NCBI GenBank assembly: GCA_034530875.2
Contig: JAVRCJ020000018.1
Location: 111,963-175,962, forward strand
From: Nostoc sp. DedSLP01
GTDB taxonomy: Bacteria; Cyanobacteriota; Cyanobacteriia; Cyanobacteriales; Nostocaceae
Reading direction: 5' to 3'
Length of the DNA stretch: 64,000 bases
Shown: positions 19,535-28,944 of the stretch, piece after piece
Layout of the letters: each line of letters begins with the position of its first letter
How positions within the stretch are numbered: the stretch's first letter is position 1
Program-made: the position numbers and the translations under genes
The notes under the pieces: model-generated
Told to the model about the DNA's origin: nothing
Database searches by the model: none
Seen by the model: only the letters and a program-made list of their open reading frames with translations

Positions 19535-21514
19535 TCATAACTCAGAATTAGCTAACTTTGATTCGATTAATGGCAACATTACAGTAAACCTACTGCCCAC
19601 GCCAAGCGTGCTTTCTACAAAAACTTGACCTTGATGTAAGTCTACAAGAGTTTTAACAATTGAGAGTCCTAGTCCAGTACCAGGTATACTATCAATATTA
19701 CTACCTCGAAAAAATGGCTCAAATAGTCGTTTTTTGTCCTCTAGAGAAATTCCAATACCTCTATCTTCTACCTGAAAAATTACTTTATCGTTATTGCAAG
19801 CTAGTTGGAAATGAACTACCATATTCGATGGAGAATACTTAATTGCATTATCGAGTAAATTCTTCAAAATAGGTTCTAATACTTTTTTATCTATACAAGC
19901 TAGGAGAACGTCATCTTTACTGATGAATTTTATCGAAGTTTGGCTAACATTCATCTGCATCTGCGCAACTAATTCATGACAAAATTGCACTAAATCTAAC
20001 GGTTTTGGCTCGAAATTTAATTTTGCCGATTCTGCTTTTGAGAAGAACATAATATCATCCAACATGTGGCTGAGTTCTTCAGTAGCTTTTTGAATGTGGT
20101 CGAGTAGCGGTTGTATTTTCTTCTGTGTACGTTTGTCTACTTCTTCCTTAAGTAAACTATTAGAAAATGAAACAACATTTAGCGGAGTCCGGAATTGGTG
20201 ACAGACCATAGAAAGAAAGCTGGCTCTGAGTTCGCTCAATTGTTTTGCTTGTTCTAAAGCGAGGTTAAGGTTTAATTGTGCGTATTTGTAATCTGTAATA
20301 TCAATAGCTGCAATCATTTCAACTGGTTTTCCTCCAAAATCCAGCACTCCATCTAGTATTGCAACTGCACAAGCTAGCCAGCGTTCTGTGCCGTTTTTTG
20401 TCAGAATACTCATCTCTTGATATTCAAACTTAGTTGCTTCACCTTGTTTGCGTACTTGCCTGGTTTTTTTGCTTTTAATTAGACGACGCAAATCAAAGTT
20501 TGTTAGCAATTCTTTTTTTGTGTAGCCGGTAAGTTGTTCTACTGCTGGGTTGATGTAGCAAAGCTGCGTACCTTGAATTAAGAAAGTGCTAGCTTCTGTA
20601 GTTTCTGCTAAAGTCTGAAATCTAGCTAGGTTGAGCTGTAAAGCTTCCTCAGTTCGTTTAGATTCAGTAATATCCCAAATACTCCAGACTCTACCAATAA
20701 TTTTACCTTCAAGTAACTGAGGTTTAGAGTAATGTGCAAAAACTCTCCCATCTTTTAACTCTAGAATGTCGTAGCTCTCAAAATCAGATTGGCTAGATAC
20801 TTCCCAAACGAGACGATTAAAAGCTTGCGGATCTTTGAGTTGGTTCTCAAAAAATGTTTTGCATCGAGGACATTTTTTAGATAAAAGCAGAGATTCTGGA
20901 ATCTGCCACATATCTATAAATTTCTGATTCAGGCTGAGAATATCGCCCTCAAAGTTAACTACAACAATGCCAATAGCTGTAGATTCTAGAGTAGAACGAA
21001 GTAAAGATAAAGATGCTTCTAGTTCTACTTCTTTAGTCTTAAGTTGAGAAATTTCCTGTTGCAAATAGTCTTTTGCACCCTTGAATCCATCAGTCCACTT
21101 CTGTACGCTTAATTCTACTATTTCATCACTTTTCTCACGAACAAAGGCACAGGCAAATTCCATATCTTGGTCTTTTATATATGTCAGAGATATTTCTACT
21201 AAAAATATCCGACCTCCTTTTGCCTGATAGCGAGATTTAAAATTACGAGAATTTTGCGATCTAATCTCTGACCAATTGTGTAATGAAAAGTCTATATCTA
21301 TATTATCCAGTGTCATTGAAAGTAATTCCTCACGGGAATACTCGATCATCTGACATATAGCATCGTTGACGTAGAGAAACTGCGCGTTTACTCCTAAACA
21401 AAAAGCAGCATCTACGACATGATTTATTAAATAGTGAGCAAACATCATCTCTAATTGTGACTCTCGGAGCCGTTTTGTTTGGGATGTAGTCAATGTATGT
21501 TCGCCAGAATTCAT
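19535..21514 (-). CDS. Multi-PAS cytoplasmic sensor histidine kinase (scytonemin-cluster type)
   Basis: Three PAS-like segments (YVNDAICQMIEYSREELL, LNQKFIDMW, YINPAVEQLTGY); H-box CHQFRTPL; NLLDNAIKY, DRGIG and GTGLGL. ATG 21514 is preceded by AAGGAG. Confidence 0.92.
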   Translation of the reverse strand: MNSGEHTLTTSQTKRLRESQLEMMFAHYLINHVVDAAFCLGVNAQFLYVNDAICQMIEYSREELLSMTLDNIDIDFSLHNWSEIRSQNSRNFKSRYQAKGGRIFLVEISLTYIKDQDMEFACAFVREKSDEIVELSVQKWTDGFKGAKDYLQQEISQLKTKEVELEASLSLLRSTLESTAIGIVVVNFEGDILSLNQKFIDMWQIPESLLLSKKCPRCKTFFENQLKDPQAFNRLVWEVSSQSDFESYDILELKDGRVFAHYSKPQLLEGKIIGRVWSIWDITESKRTEEALQLNLARFQTLAETTEASTFLIQGTQLCYINPAVEQLTGYTKKELLTNFDLRRLIKSKKTRQVRKQGEATKFEYQEMSILTKNGTERWLACAVAILDGVLDFGGKPVEMIAAIDITDYKYAQLNLNLALEQAKQLSELRASFLSMVCHQFRTPLNVVSFSNSLLKEEVDKRTQKKIQPLLDHIQKATEELSHMLDDIMFFSKAESAKLNFEPKPLDLVQFCHELVAQMQMNVSQTSIKFISKDDVLLACIDKKVLEPILKNLLDNAIKYSPSNMVVHFQLACNNDKVIFQVEDRGIGISLEDKKRLFEPFFRGSNIDSIPGTGLGLSIVKTLVDLHQGQVFVESTLGVGSRFTVMLPLIESKLANSEL

Positions 21515-21799
21515 AGTTGCTCCTTGTAACAATCAGCACCGTAGCTGTCGATCGCGTAAAATGCTTATTCCAGTGTTAGGCTGCTGAAAATCACACTAGT
21601 TTGCAAATTAAATATAATTACTAATTAACTTTACAAAACTTATTGTACCAACAAACTCGATAAAAAGTGAATAATTTAAACATGATTTCCTCAAGCAATT
21701 TAGCTACTTGTAGTTTATTTTTGGGTTGAAAAACTTTCGATATCTATAGAAAATCTGGACAAATTTCATCAACATTTGTCCATAGATTTTATTTGAATA

Positions 21800-21898
21800 G
21801 AATTCAGAAGTCAGAATTCAGCGTGACTTCTATGGAACTGGCGGATGAATAAGTGGGTTTGAATCCCCCACTTTCTTGTTCTGATTTCTGAATTCTGA
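21800..21898. repeat. Element bounded by inverted CAGAATT heptamers with an internal hairpin
   Basis: gaattcagaagtcagaattcag ... aagtgggtttgaatcccccactt ... ttctgatttctgaattctga. Confidence 0.55.
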
Positions 21899-23002
21899 GG
21901 AATGTTTCTTCTTCAAGAGATAAGAGTTGAAAACATATTTTGAATTTCAACTATCTAATATTAGAGTTAAAGACTACCAAAAGGCATAAATACACCAGTC
22001 ATACTCTTATCTGAAAGCAAGGTACAAAATTGCTAAAAAACTTACTTTGTAAGCTTTTGGAATTTTGCATTTCACATAATCTTGCCAAATAGCAAGCGAT
22101 GCGTAGCGCTTTACAGAAATAGGTTACTAGTAGTTCGCTAAGAGAACTTGGCGGGGTAAAGGGAAAAGTTTTTAATCTCTTTCCTTTTACCCAGACTCAC
22201 AGAGTATTTTTAGGTTGGTGTAAAGTCATTTGATTCTTAACATAAATGAATTTGCCCTGCTTGGTCGCGCTTAAATGAGTAAAAATTTACTCATGAATTC
22301 ATTTTCTTAATTTATCTTAACTCACACTTTCAGGGATCTAACAATATCAGAATAGCTTTAGACATCTGCCTCGAGAAATACATTTGTATTAGTTTACTTA
22401 AGAAAAAATGTTTATTTTTATACATGAGTTATTTATATATTGAAAAATTTCATATTTATATTGGTAAGTCATCTCCCAGAAGATATAAACGAAGTTAGAA
22501 TTTTTCTCCTTATAGCTGAGTCATCTCTCAAAAGAAACAGAAAAAGTTAATAATTATGTCTTTGTTGTTACAAAAAATTGAATCGAACTATATTTAATGA
22601 CAATATAAAAATCTTGGCTCGGTAAAGGCAACTTTTTCCTAGCTGTGGCAGTTAACTTAGAAACTTTGCGATCGCCTTTTTAATTGAAAGTCTTACCTGA
22701 TATGAATCTTAATTTTTTGTGGCGATAGTAATTAAACAACGATAATTTAAGTGGGCATGATTAAACTAAACTATGTAAATTTTTATAATAAAAAGCTCTA
22801 AACCTTCTCTGCATTGTTTTCTTATCCTTTAATCTGATTAATATAGTTGCGTTTATTTCTACCCACTTCCTTGACAACTGAAAAACTGTTGTGGTTATGC
22901 TGATAAATAAGGTAAAACAGTTTTGATGTGTATCAAAATACAAAGATTTTTGGTTGTAAATGTCGCGCACTAGTTGATAAGCAACACTTAAGAAAATATT
23001 GT

Positions 23003-23190
23003 AATCATCGCCACAAAAGCGAAAAAATTGGCATACTTAGCAAAAGATTTCTCATTGCATATTGGTCTTAATTAGATTAGATCCGATTAAAAATCAATAT
23101 TTATAGATGGTAAGCATTAGGTAATTACTGAATCATCGCCATAGAAGCTAAAAATTTGACACGCTCATCAAAAGATATTTGATTGCACAT
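23003..23190 (+). promoter_or_regulatory. Two 60-bp imperfect direct repeats upstream of scyA (candidate activator sites/promoters)
   Basis: 23003-23062 versus 23131-23190 match at 47/60 ungapped by hand count. Each ends in a TTGCA(T/C) -35-like hexamer. Regulatory function is inferred. Confidence 0.6.
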
Positions 23191-23428
23191 CTGTATTTAA
23201 CTCCTTTATTGTGAGTTCTATAAGCACAGCCTTGATTGCTGTATGGTTTGCAAAAATTTTTTGGTAATCCTCTCATAAGCATCAATCAGCAGCGATCGAG
23301 CTTTTCTGCTATCAACGTAAGCTTGGTAATAACTGTAAAAATACAGATTTTTTTGTATTAAATATTTTCGTTGCTGCGATTATCAGCAAAACAGGCTTTG
23401 TGTAACTTTATGTAATTACGTGAAAGCA

Positions 23429-25312
23429 ATGAGTCAAAACTATACAGGTTCAAACTCTCCTCTAATTGCTACTGAGCCATACGACGAATTTGCACCAAAC
23501 AAATATGTAGAATCTGTGTCTGAGAGTTCCCATCAGGTTGATGAATCAGAGAAAAATGGGCAAACCGAGCCTTTTTTCTATGGCGAATCAGAGCCAATGC
23601 CCTCAGTTGCAGATGCGATCGCCCAGATGTTGGTCAGTTTAGGAGTAAACTATGCCTTTGGCGTCGCCGGCGGTGCGATGGCAAGCCTTTGGGGTGCCCT
23701 GTCCAATAGCAGCATCAAGGTTTTGAACTTCCGCCACGAAGCGGGAGCCGCCTTTGCAGCCACCGAAGCTTACTTTGCCAGCAATCGGCCTAGTGTCGTG
23801 TTCACCACAGCAGGCCCCGGTATCACCAACTCCCTCACCGGCTTATTTGCGGCGCGGGGTGAAGGTGCAAAGGTGATTTTGCTGTCGGCTTGCACTTCCG
23901 CACCCCAGCGCGGACGTTGGGCAATTCAAGAAACCAGCACCTATACGCTACCCAGTGGGGGAATTTTTACCACAGGGGCGCTATTCAACTATGCAATTAC
24001 CATCGAATCTGCGGCTCAACTGCCGCAGGTTTTTCGCAAACTTGCCCTAGCTTTAGCGCAACCAGAGGGATTTGTCGCCCATTTGAGCATTCCCACTGCC
24101 GTGCAGACAAGCTTAGTTGAAGGTGTAGCCTTCCCCCTACTAGATGTAGCCCCTTCTCGGGTAACTCCTTCTAGCGAAGCGATCGCTAAATCTGTAGAGT
24201 TATTATCATCCGGCCCCTTTGCCATCTGGGTCGGTTTCGGTGCGCGTAACGCAGCAGACGAAATCCGCGAACTTGCCCAAAGAACCGGAGCAGCCGTCAT
24301 GTGTTCGCCCCGCGGTAAAGGCATCTTTCCCGAAGACCATCGTCAGTTTGTGGGCGTCACCGGTCTTGGCGGTCATGCTTCCGTCTTGACTTATATGGAA
24401 CAGCAGACTCCACTACACACACTCGTATTAGGCACCCGCCTTGGCGAACCAACTTCTTTTTGGAGTCCGGCGCTAGTTCCCAAAAAAGGCTTTGTGCATG
24501 TAGATATCGACCCAGAAGTGCCAGGGATAGCTTATCCCCACGTTGAAACTTTCGGGGTGCGGTCTGACATCAAAGCCTATCTCCAAGAGCTGTTACAGCA
24601 CTTGCCACATACTCCCCTTGCACATTTAACCTTCCCTCGCCCGGAACAGCAACCAATTGCAACTGCACCAGACGTAGACTATCCAGTACGACCAGAAGTA
24701 TTAATGGCAGCAATTCAAAAGATTGTTGTTGAGGGTAGCGATGCCATAGTCATGGCAGAGTGTGGCAACTCATTTACTTGGTCAACGCATTTACTGCAAT
24801 TTGCCCAAGCCAACCGTTACCGAGTCAGCACCGGAGTCGGAGCAATGGGTCACGCCGTCACAGGAGTATTGGGTGCAGCCCTAGCGAACAATACCAAAGC
24901 CGTGGGTATTGTTGGCGATGGCGCAATGCTGATGAATAACGAAATCAGCACCGCAGTCAAATACAAAATTCCAGCGATTTGGATAGTACTCAACGATGCA
25001 CGTTACAACATGTGCCATCAAGGGATGAAAATCTTGGGATTAAAAGGTGCGGATGCAACGCTTCCACCGACAAACTTTGCCATGATTGCGCGGGGGATGG
25101 GAGCAGAAGCGATCGTAGTTGTCAGAGAGTCCGATATTGAACCGGCATTAGAGCAAGCGATCGCCTCAAATGTACCATTTCTCATCGATGTTGTCATTGA
25201 TGGCGATCGGCCAGCGCCTTCTGGGGGGCGCAATAAGAGTTTGGCAGCACAAGGAATCAAATCAACTCCAGCTCAAACTCCAGCCAAACAAGTTTCATTT
25301 CCCTTAGTTTGA
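23429..25312 (+). CDS. scyA: ThDP-dependent acyloin synthase (acetolactate synthase-like), scytonemin biosynthesis
   Basis: FRHEAGAAFAA, TAGPG and the ThDP motif GDGAMLM...LND. First gene of the cluster. Confidence 0.93.
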   Translation: MSQNYTGSNSPLIATEPYDEFAPNKYVESVSESSHQVDESEKNGQTEPFFYGESEPMPSVADAIAQMLVSLGVNYAFGVAGGAMASLWGALSNSSIKVLNFRHEAGAAFAATEAYFASNRPSVVFTTAGPGITNSLTGLFAARGEGAKVILLSACTSAPQRGRWAIQETSTYTLPSGGIFTTGALFNYAITIESAAQLPQVFRKLALALAQPEGFVAHLSIPTAVQTSLVEGVAFPLLDVAPSRVTPSSEAIAKSVELLSSGPFAIWVGFGARNAADEIRELAQRTGAAVMCSPRGKGIFPEDHRQFVGVTGLGGHASVLTYMEQQTPLHTLVLGTRLGEPTSFWSPALVPKKGFVHVDIDPEVPGIAYPHVETFGVRSDIKAYLQELLQHLPHTPLAHLTFPRPEQQPIATAPDVDYPVRPEVLMAAIQKIVVEGSDAIVMAECGNSFTWSTHLLQFAQANRYRVSTGVGAMGHAVTGVLGAALANNTKAVGIVGDGAMLMNNEISTAVKYKIPAIWIVLNDARYNMCHQGMKILGLKGADATLPPTNFAMIARGMGAEAIVVVRESDIEPALEQAIASNVPFLIDVVIDGDRPAPSGGRNKSLAAQGIKSTPAQTPAKQVSFPLV

Positions 25313-25448
25313 CTCCAACAGCCTTCTAATTAGCATCTCTCTCTTGGCGGTACTCCCGCAGGAAAGCCGCCCTAACTTCTCTACAAGTCCAAAGTGTGAA
25401 ATAAAAAACCCGCGCTAATCAACCCAAAATCAAGAATGAGAAACCAAA

Positions 25449-26510
25449 ATGCTGCTATTTGAAACTGTTAGAGAAATGGGCCACGAACAAGTCCTTTTCT
25501 GTCATGGTAAAAATCCAGAAATTAAAGCAATTATTGCCATCCATGACACAAGTTTGGGGCCAGCAATGGGAGCGACAAGACTCTACCCTTATGTGAACGA
25601 AGAAGCTGCTTTAAAAGACGCCCTGCGTCTGAGCCGTGGAATGACATATAAAGCCGCCTGCGCCAACATTCCGGCTGGTGGAGGAAAAGCAGTTATTATA
25701 GCTAATCCTGAAAATAAAACAGACGAGCTATTAAGAGCTTATGGTCGTTTTGTTAACAGTATCAATGGGCGTTTTATTACCGGACAAGATGTAAATATTA
25801 CTCCTGATGATGTGCGGACAATCGGTCAAGAAACTCAATATGTCGTTGGACTATCAGAAAAGTCCGGCGGCCCCGCACCGATAACATCTTTAGGAGTTTT
25901 TCTCGGAATTAAAGCCGCTGTTGAATTTCGGTGGCAAACAAAAAGACTTGATGGATTGAAAGTAGCAGTTCAAGGTCTAGGCAATGTTGGTAAAAATCTC
26001 TGTCGGTACTTACACGAACATAATGTCCAGCTTTTTGTTACCGATATAGATCCAGTCAAAACAGAAGAAATAAAACGGCTTTATGGTGCAACCGTTGTAG
26101 AGCCGTCTGAAATTTATTCTCTTGACGTCGATGTTTTTTCTCCTTGCGCTTTAGGAGCAATTCTTAATAGCCATACAATTCCTTTTCTCAAAGCAAATAT
26201 TGTTGCCGGTGCAGCTAACAATCAATTAGAGAACGAACAGCTACACAGCCAAATACTTACTAAAAAAGGAATTCTTTATAGTCCTGATTATGTCATTAAT
26301 GCAGGAGGATTAATTAATGTTTATAACGAGATGATTGGCTATGACGAAGAAAAAGCCTTGAAGCAAGTTCATAATATTTATGACACATTGCTGGCAATTT
26401 TTGAGATTGCTCAACAGCAGGAAATTACTACTAACGATGCTGCTAAAAGATTAGCGGAAGATAGAATTGCAAAGGGTAAAAGAAATAAAAAACAGGCTGT
26501 TGCAGCTTAA
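25449..26510 (+). CDS. scyB: Tryptophan dehydrogenase (Leu/Phe/Val dehydrogenase family)
   Basis: GMTYK, GGGKAV, VAVQGLGNVG, GAANNQL and PDYVINAGG. Follows scyA. Confidence 0.93.
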   Translation: MLLFETVREMGHEQVLFCHGKNPEIKAIIAIHDTSLGPAMGATRLYPYVNEEAALKDALRLSRGMTYKAACANIPAGGGKAVIIANPENKTDELLRAYGRFVNSINGRFITGQDVNITPDDVRTIGQETQYVVGLSEKSGGPAPITSLGVFLGIKAAVEFRWQTKRLDGLKVAVQGLGNVGKNLCRYLHEHNVQLFVTDIDPVKTEEIKRLYGATVVEPSEIYSLDVDVFSPCALGAILNSHTIPFLKANIVAGAANNQLENEQLHSQILTKKGILYSPDYVINAGGLINVYNEMIGYDEEKALKQVHNIYDTLLAIFEIAQQQEITTNDAAKRLAEDRIAKGKRNKKQAVAA

Positions 26511-26547
26511 ATTGCCTAATTATTAAGTGTTGCTTGAAGGAGCGAAT

Positions 26548-27531
26548 ATGGAAAAGAATACGTTTGCGACATCAGCTTATATTGCGACTTCACCAGAGAT
26601 TGCCTTTGACTACCTTTGTAGTTTAAAAAACTTGGATGAATGGACGCTTTATAGCCGGATGAAAGAGCAAATTGACGAAGATACTTGGTTAGGAAGTGCG
26701 TCTGGTTATCACAAAAATCTCTACTATCACGTTAAAAAATTAGAAAATAAGCTTTTCTACGGTATTGAATGGCACTGCGGGTTAGAGTATCAGAAATATT
26801 TTCAGGTTTACCCCGTTTTGCTTTTTCCTCCCGATTATATCGAGCCTGGATGTGATGAAAAGGGCGTGTACTTTCACTGGTTAAGCTTTGTCGATCCAAA
26901 ACGGCAAACTCAGATGATTATGCAGGGAATCCACACGGTACATACTTCCGAGTGTCGTTCTCTCAAAGGTAATTTGGAACGCAAAGCTGGGCATACCACA
27001 GCAGTTAAAGGACGCTACTTTATTGATACTGATACTATCTATGTTGATGCCCCAATTGAAATTGGAATTGAATACTTAAAAGACTTACAAAATATAGATG
27101 AATGGGCGCATTTACTCCGACCAAATGGTGAAATTGGTCTAGATTCAGGTGAATTCAAAGATGAATACGACCAGAAAGTAATAGTTTCTGTAAGGCTACA
27201 TAGTTTGAGCAAATACTATTTAGTCGAACAAGAATACTTTTATCCAAAATACGAATATTATCAACGGTCTGTAGCGTTACTAATTCCCACAGCTTATGCT
27301 TTCGCCGATCCAGAGGCTCCTGGTTTTATTTTGCATCGAATCACATTTTGGAAAACAGATGGAACTGTTAGCCACGGCAAACTGCAAATTGAAGACTTCG
27401 GCGCTGAAAGCATGAATATTAAACGGTTGTTGGAAGCGAAAGCCGGTAATTTTCAATCATTCGACAGGGGGATGAGTTATTTACCAAAAATTCAAGAGGA
27501 GAGACGTAGCAATGCTACGTCTGTACATTAG
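26548..27531 (+). CDS. scyC: Scytonemin cyclase/decarboxylase
   Basis: Position after scyB. Internally duplicated fold (DYLCSLKNLDEW / EYLKDLQNIDEW). Start placed at ATG of MEKNTFATS. Confidence 0.88.
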   Translation: MEKNTFATSAYIATSPEIAFDYLCSLKNLDEWTLYSRMKEQIDEDTWLGSASGYHKNLYYHVKKLENKLFYGIEWHCGLEYQKYFQVYPVLLFPPDYIEPGCDEKGVYFHWLSFVDPKRQTQMIMQGIHTVHTSECRSLKGNLERKAGHTTAVKGRYFIDTDTIYVDAPIEIGIEYLKDLQNIDEWAHLLRPNGEIGLDSGEFKDEYDQKVIVSVRLHSLSKYYLVEQEYFYPKYEYYQRSVALLIPTAYAFADPEAPGFILHRITFWKTDGTVSHGKLQIEDFGAESMNIKRLLEAKAGNFQSFDRGMSYLPKIQEERRSNATSVH

Positions 27532-27565
27532 TCATTAGTCATCGGGCAAATGGCAAATAAAAAAT

Positions 27566-28825
27566 ATGAAAATGAAGCAAGTTACTATTAGTTTACTGAG
27601 TTTTTGTGTTGTTGCTTTTTCTGGAATAAAATCTGCGGCAGCAGCATCATTTTCCATAATTGCCGAGGGTCTTAATAATGCAGGAGGTTTAAGTTTTGGC
27701 CCCGATGGTAATCTCTATGTCACAGAGGCCGGAATAGGAGGAAATGGAAGTTGCGTTCCACCAGCAAGCGGCCAAGGCGATTCTTTATGTTATGGCAATA
27801 GTGGTGCAATTACCAAAATTGCAAATGGTAAAACTCAGCGTATACTTACAGGACTTCCTTCATTAGCCCTACCAAATGGTACTGGAGGTAGCGGCCCTCG
27901 TGACATCAAATTTGATGCTCAAGGTAAGCCTTATGTTCTACTTGGGTATGGGGCGAATCCAGTTTTTCGCGATCGCAATTTAGGTAACAATGACCTCGGT
28001 AAAATTATTGCACCCGATTTTAAGACCAATTCCTGGACAAGTATTGCCGATATCGCTAATTACGAATTAGCTAACAATCCCGATGGCAAAGATGTCAATA
28101 GCAATCCCTTGGGCTTTGTCATCAATGGCAATAATTTGGCTGTGGTTGATGCTGGTGCAAACAACTTGCTAAGTGTAAAAACTAATGGTACTAATTTACA
28201 AGCTCTTACCACATTTGCTCAAGAGATATTAAATAATCCGGTTTTTCCGCCTACTGGTACTCCATCTAACGAACCAGCGCAGGTACCATCCCAAAACGAA
28301 AAACCACAATTATCGCAGTTTCCCATTCAAGTAGTACCCTCAAGTGTCGCCATCGGCCCTGATGGTGCTTATTATGTCAGCCAATTTACTGGCTTTCCTT
28401 TCCCAGAAGGCCAAGCAAAAATCTATCGCATAGGTGCTGATGGCGTACCAACAATCTATGCAGATGGTTTTACCCAACTTACAGACTTGGAATTTGATAC
28501 TCAGGGCAACTTGTATGCATTGCAATACGCCAATCAATCAGCCTGGAAAGGTAATCTTGATGGTTCTCTAATTAAAATAGCCGCCGATGGAACTCGTACA
28601 ACCATCCTCAGTGGCAATGGATTAGAGTCGCCTAGTGCCTTGACTATTGGTGCTGATGGTGCAATTTACATTACCAATCGCGGCGATCGCCCTGGTGAAG
28701 GACAAATCCTCAAAGTTGAAAATCTCCAGTCTATTCCAGAACCGAGTTCTGCTTTAGGTGTATTAGCGATCGCTGTTTTGGGTGCTGCTTGGTTGCACAA
28801 AAAAGAAGCCCCAAAGCCTTACTAA
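27566..28825 (+). CDS. scyD: Exported beta-propeller ScyD/ScyE-family protein with PEP-CTERM tail
   Basis: Signal peptide, GPDG-xLY repeats, and C-terminal IPEPSSALG + TM + KK. Gene order fits. Confidence 0.87.
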   Translation: MKMKQVTISLLSFCVVAFSGIKSAAAASFSIIAEGLNNAGGLSFGPDGNLYVTEAGIGGNGSCVPPASGQGDSLCYGNSGAITKIANGKTQRILTGLPSLALPNGTGGSGPRDIKFDAQGKPYVLLGYGANPVFRDRNLGNNDLGKIIAPDFKTNSWTSIADIANYELANNPDGKDVNSNPLGFVINGNNLAVVDAGANNLLSVKTNGTNLQALTTFAQEILNNPVFPPTGTPSNEPAQVPSQNEKPQLSQFPIQVVPSSVAIGPDGAYYVSQFTGFPFPEGQAKIYRIGADGVPTIYADGFTQLTDLEFDTQGNLYALQYANQSAWKGNLDGSLIKIAADGTRTTILSGNGLESPSALTIGADGAIYITNRGDRPGEGQILKVENLQSIPEPSSALGVLAIAVLGAAWLHKKEAPKPY

Positions 28826-28859
28826 CTCTGAATTCTAAATTCTGACTCCTGAATTCTAT

Positions 28860-28880
28860 TAGCGTAGCGGGGCGTAGCCC
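28860..28880. repeat. Small dispersed repeat (21 nt) embedded in heptamer repeats
   Basis: tagcgtagcggggcgtagccc. A near-identical copy tagcgaagcggggcgtagccc is at 40158-40178. Confidence 0.75.
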
Positions 28881-28944
28881 ATTCTGAATTCTTCTTGATA
28901 AAAATTTCCACAAACAAATTATTTAATTTTCAATCTCTAAAGGT

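Noticed and set aside
22761..22970. 69-aa ORF in the scyA control region
   Set aside because: It is AT-rich with no RBS or motif and is probably spurious.
23003..23190. Direct repeats as a possible mini-CRISPR
   Set aside because: There are only two degenerate 60-bp copies, no conserved repeat-spacer periodicity and no cas genes.
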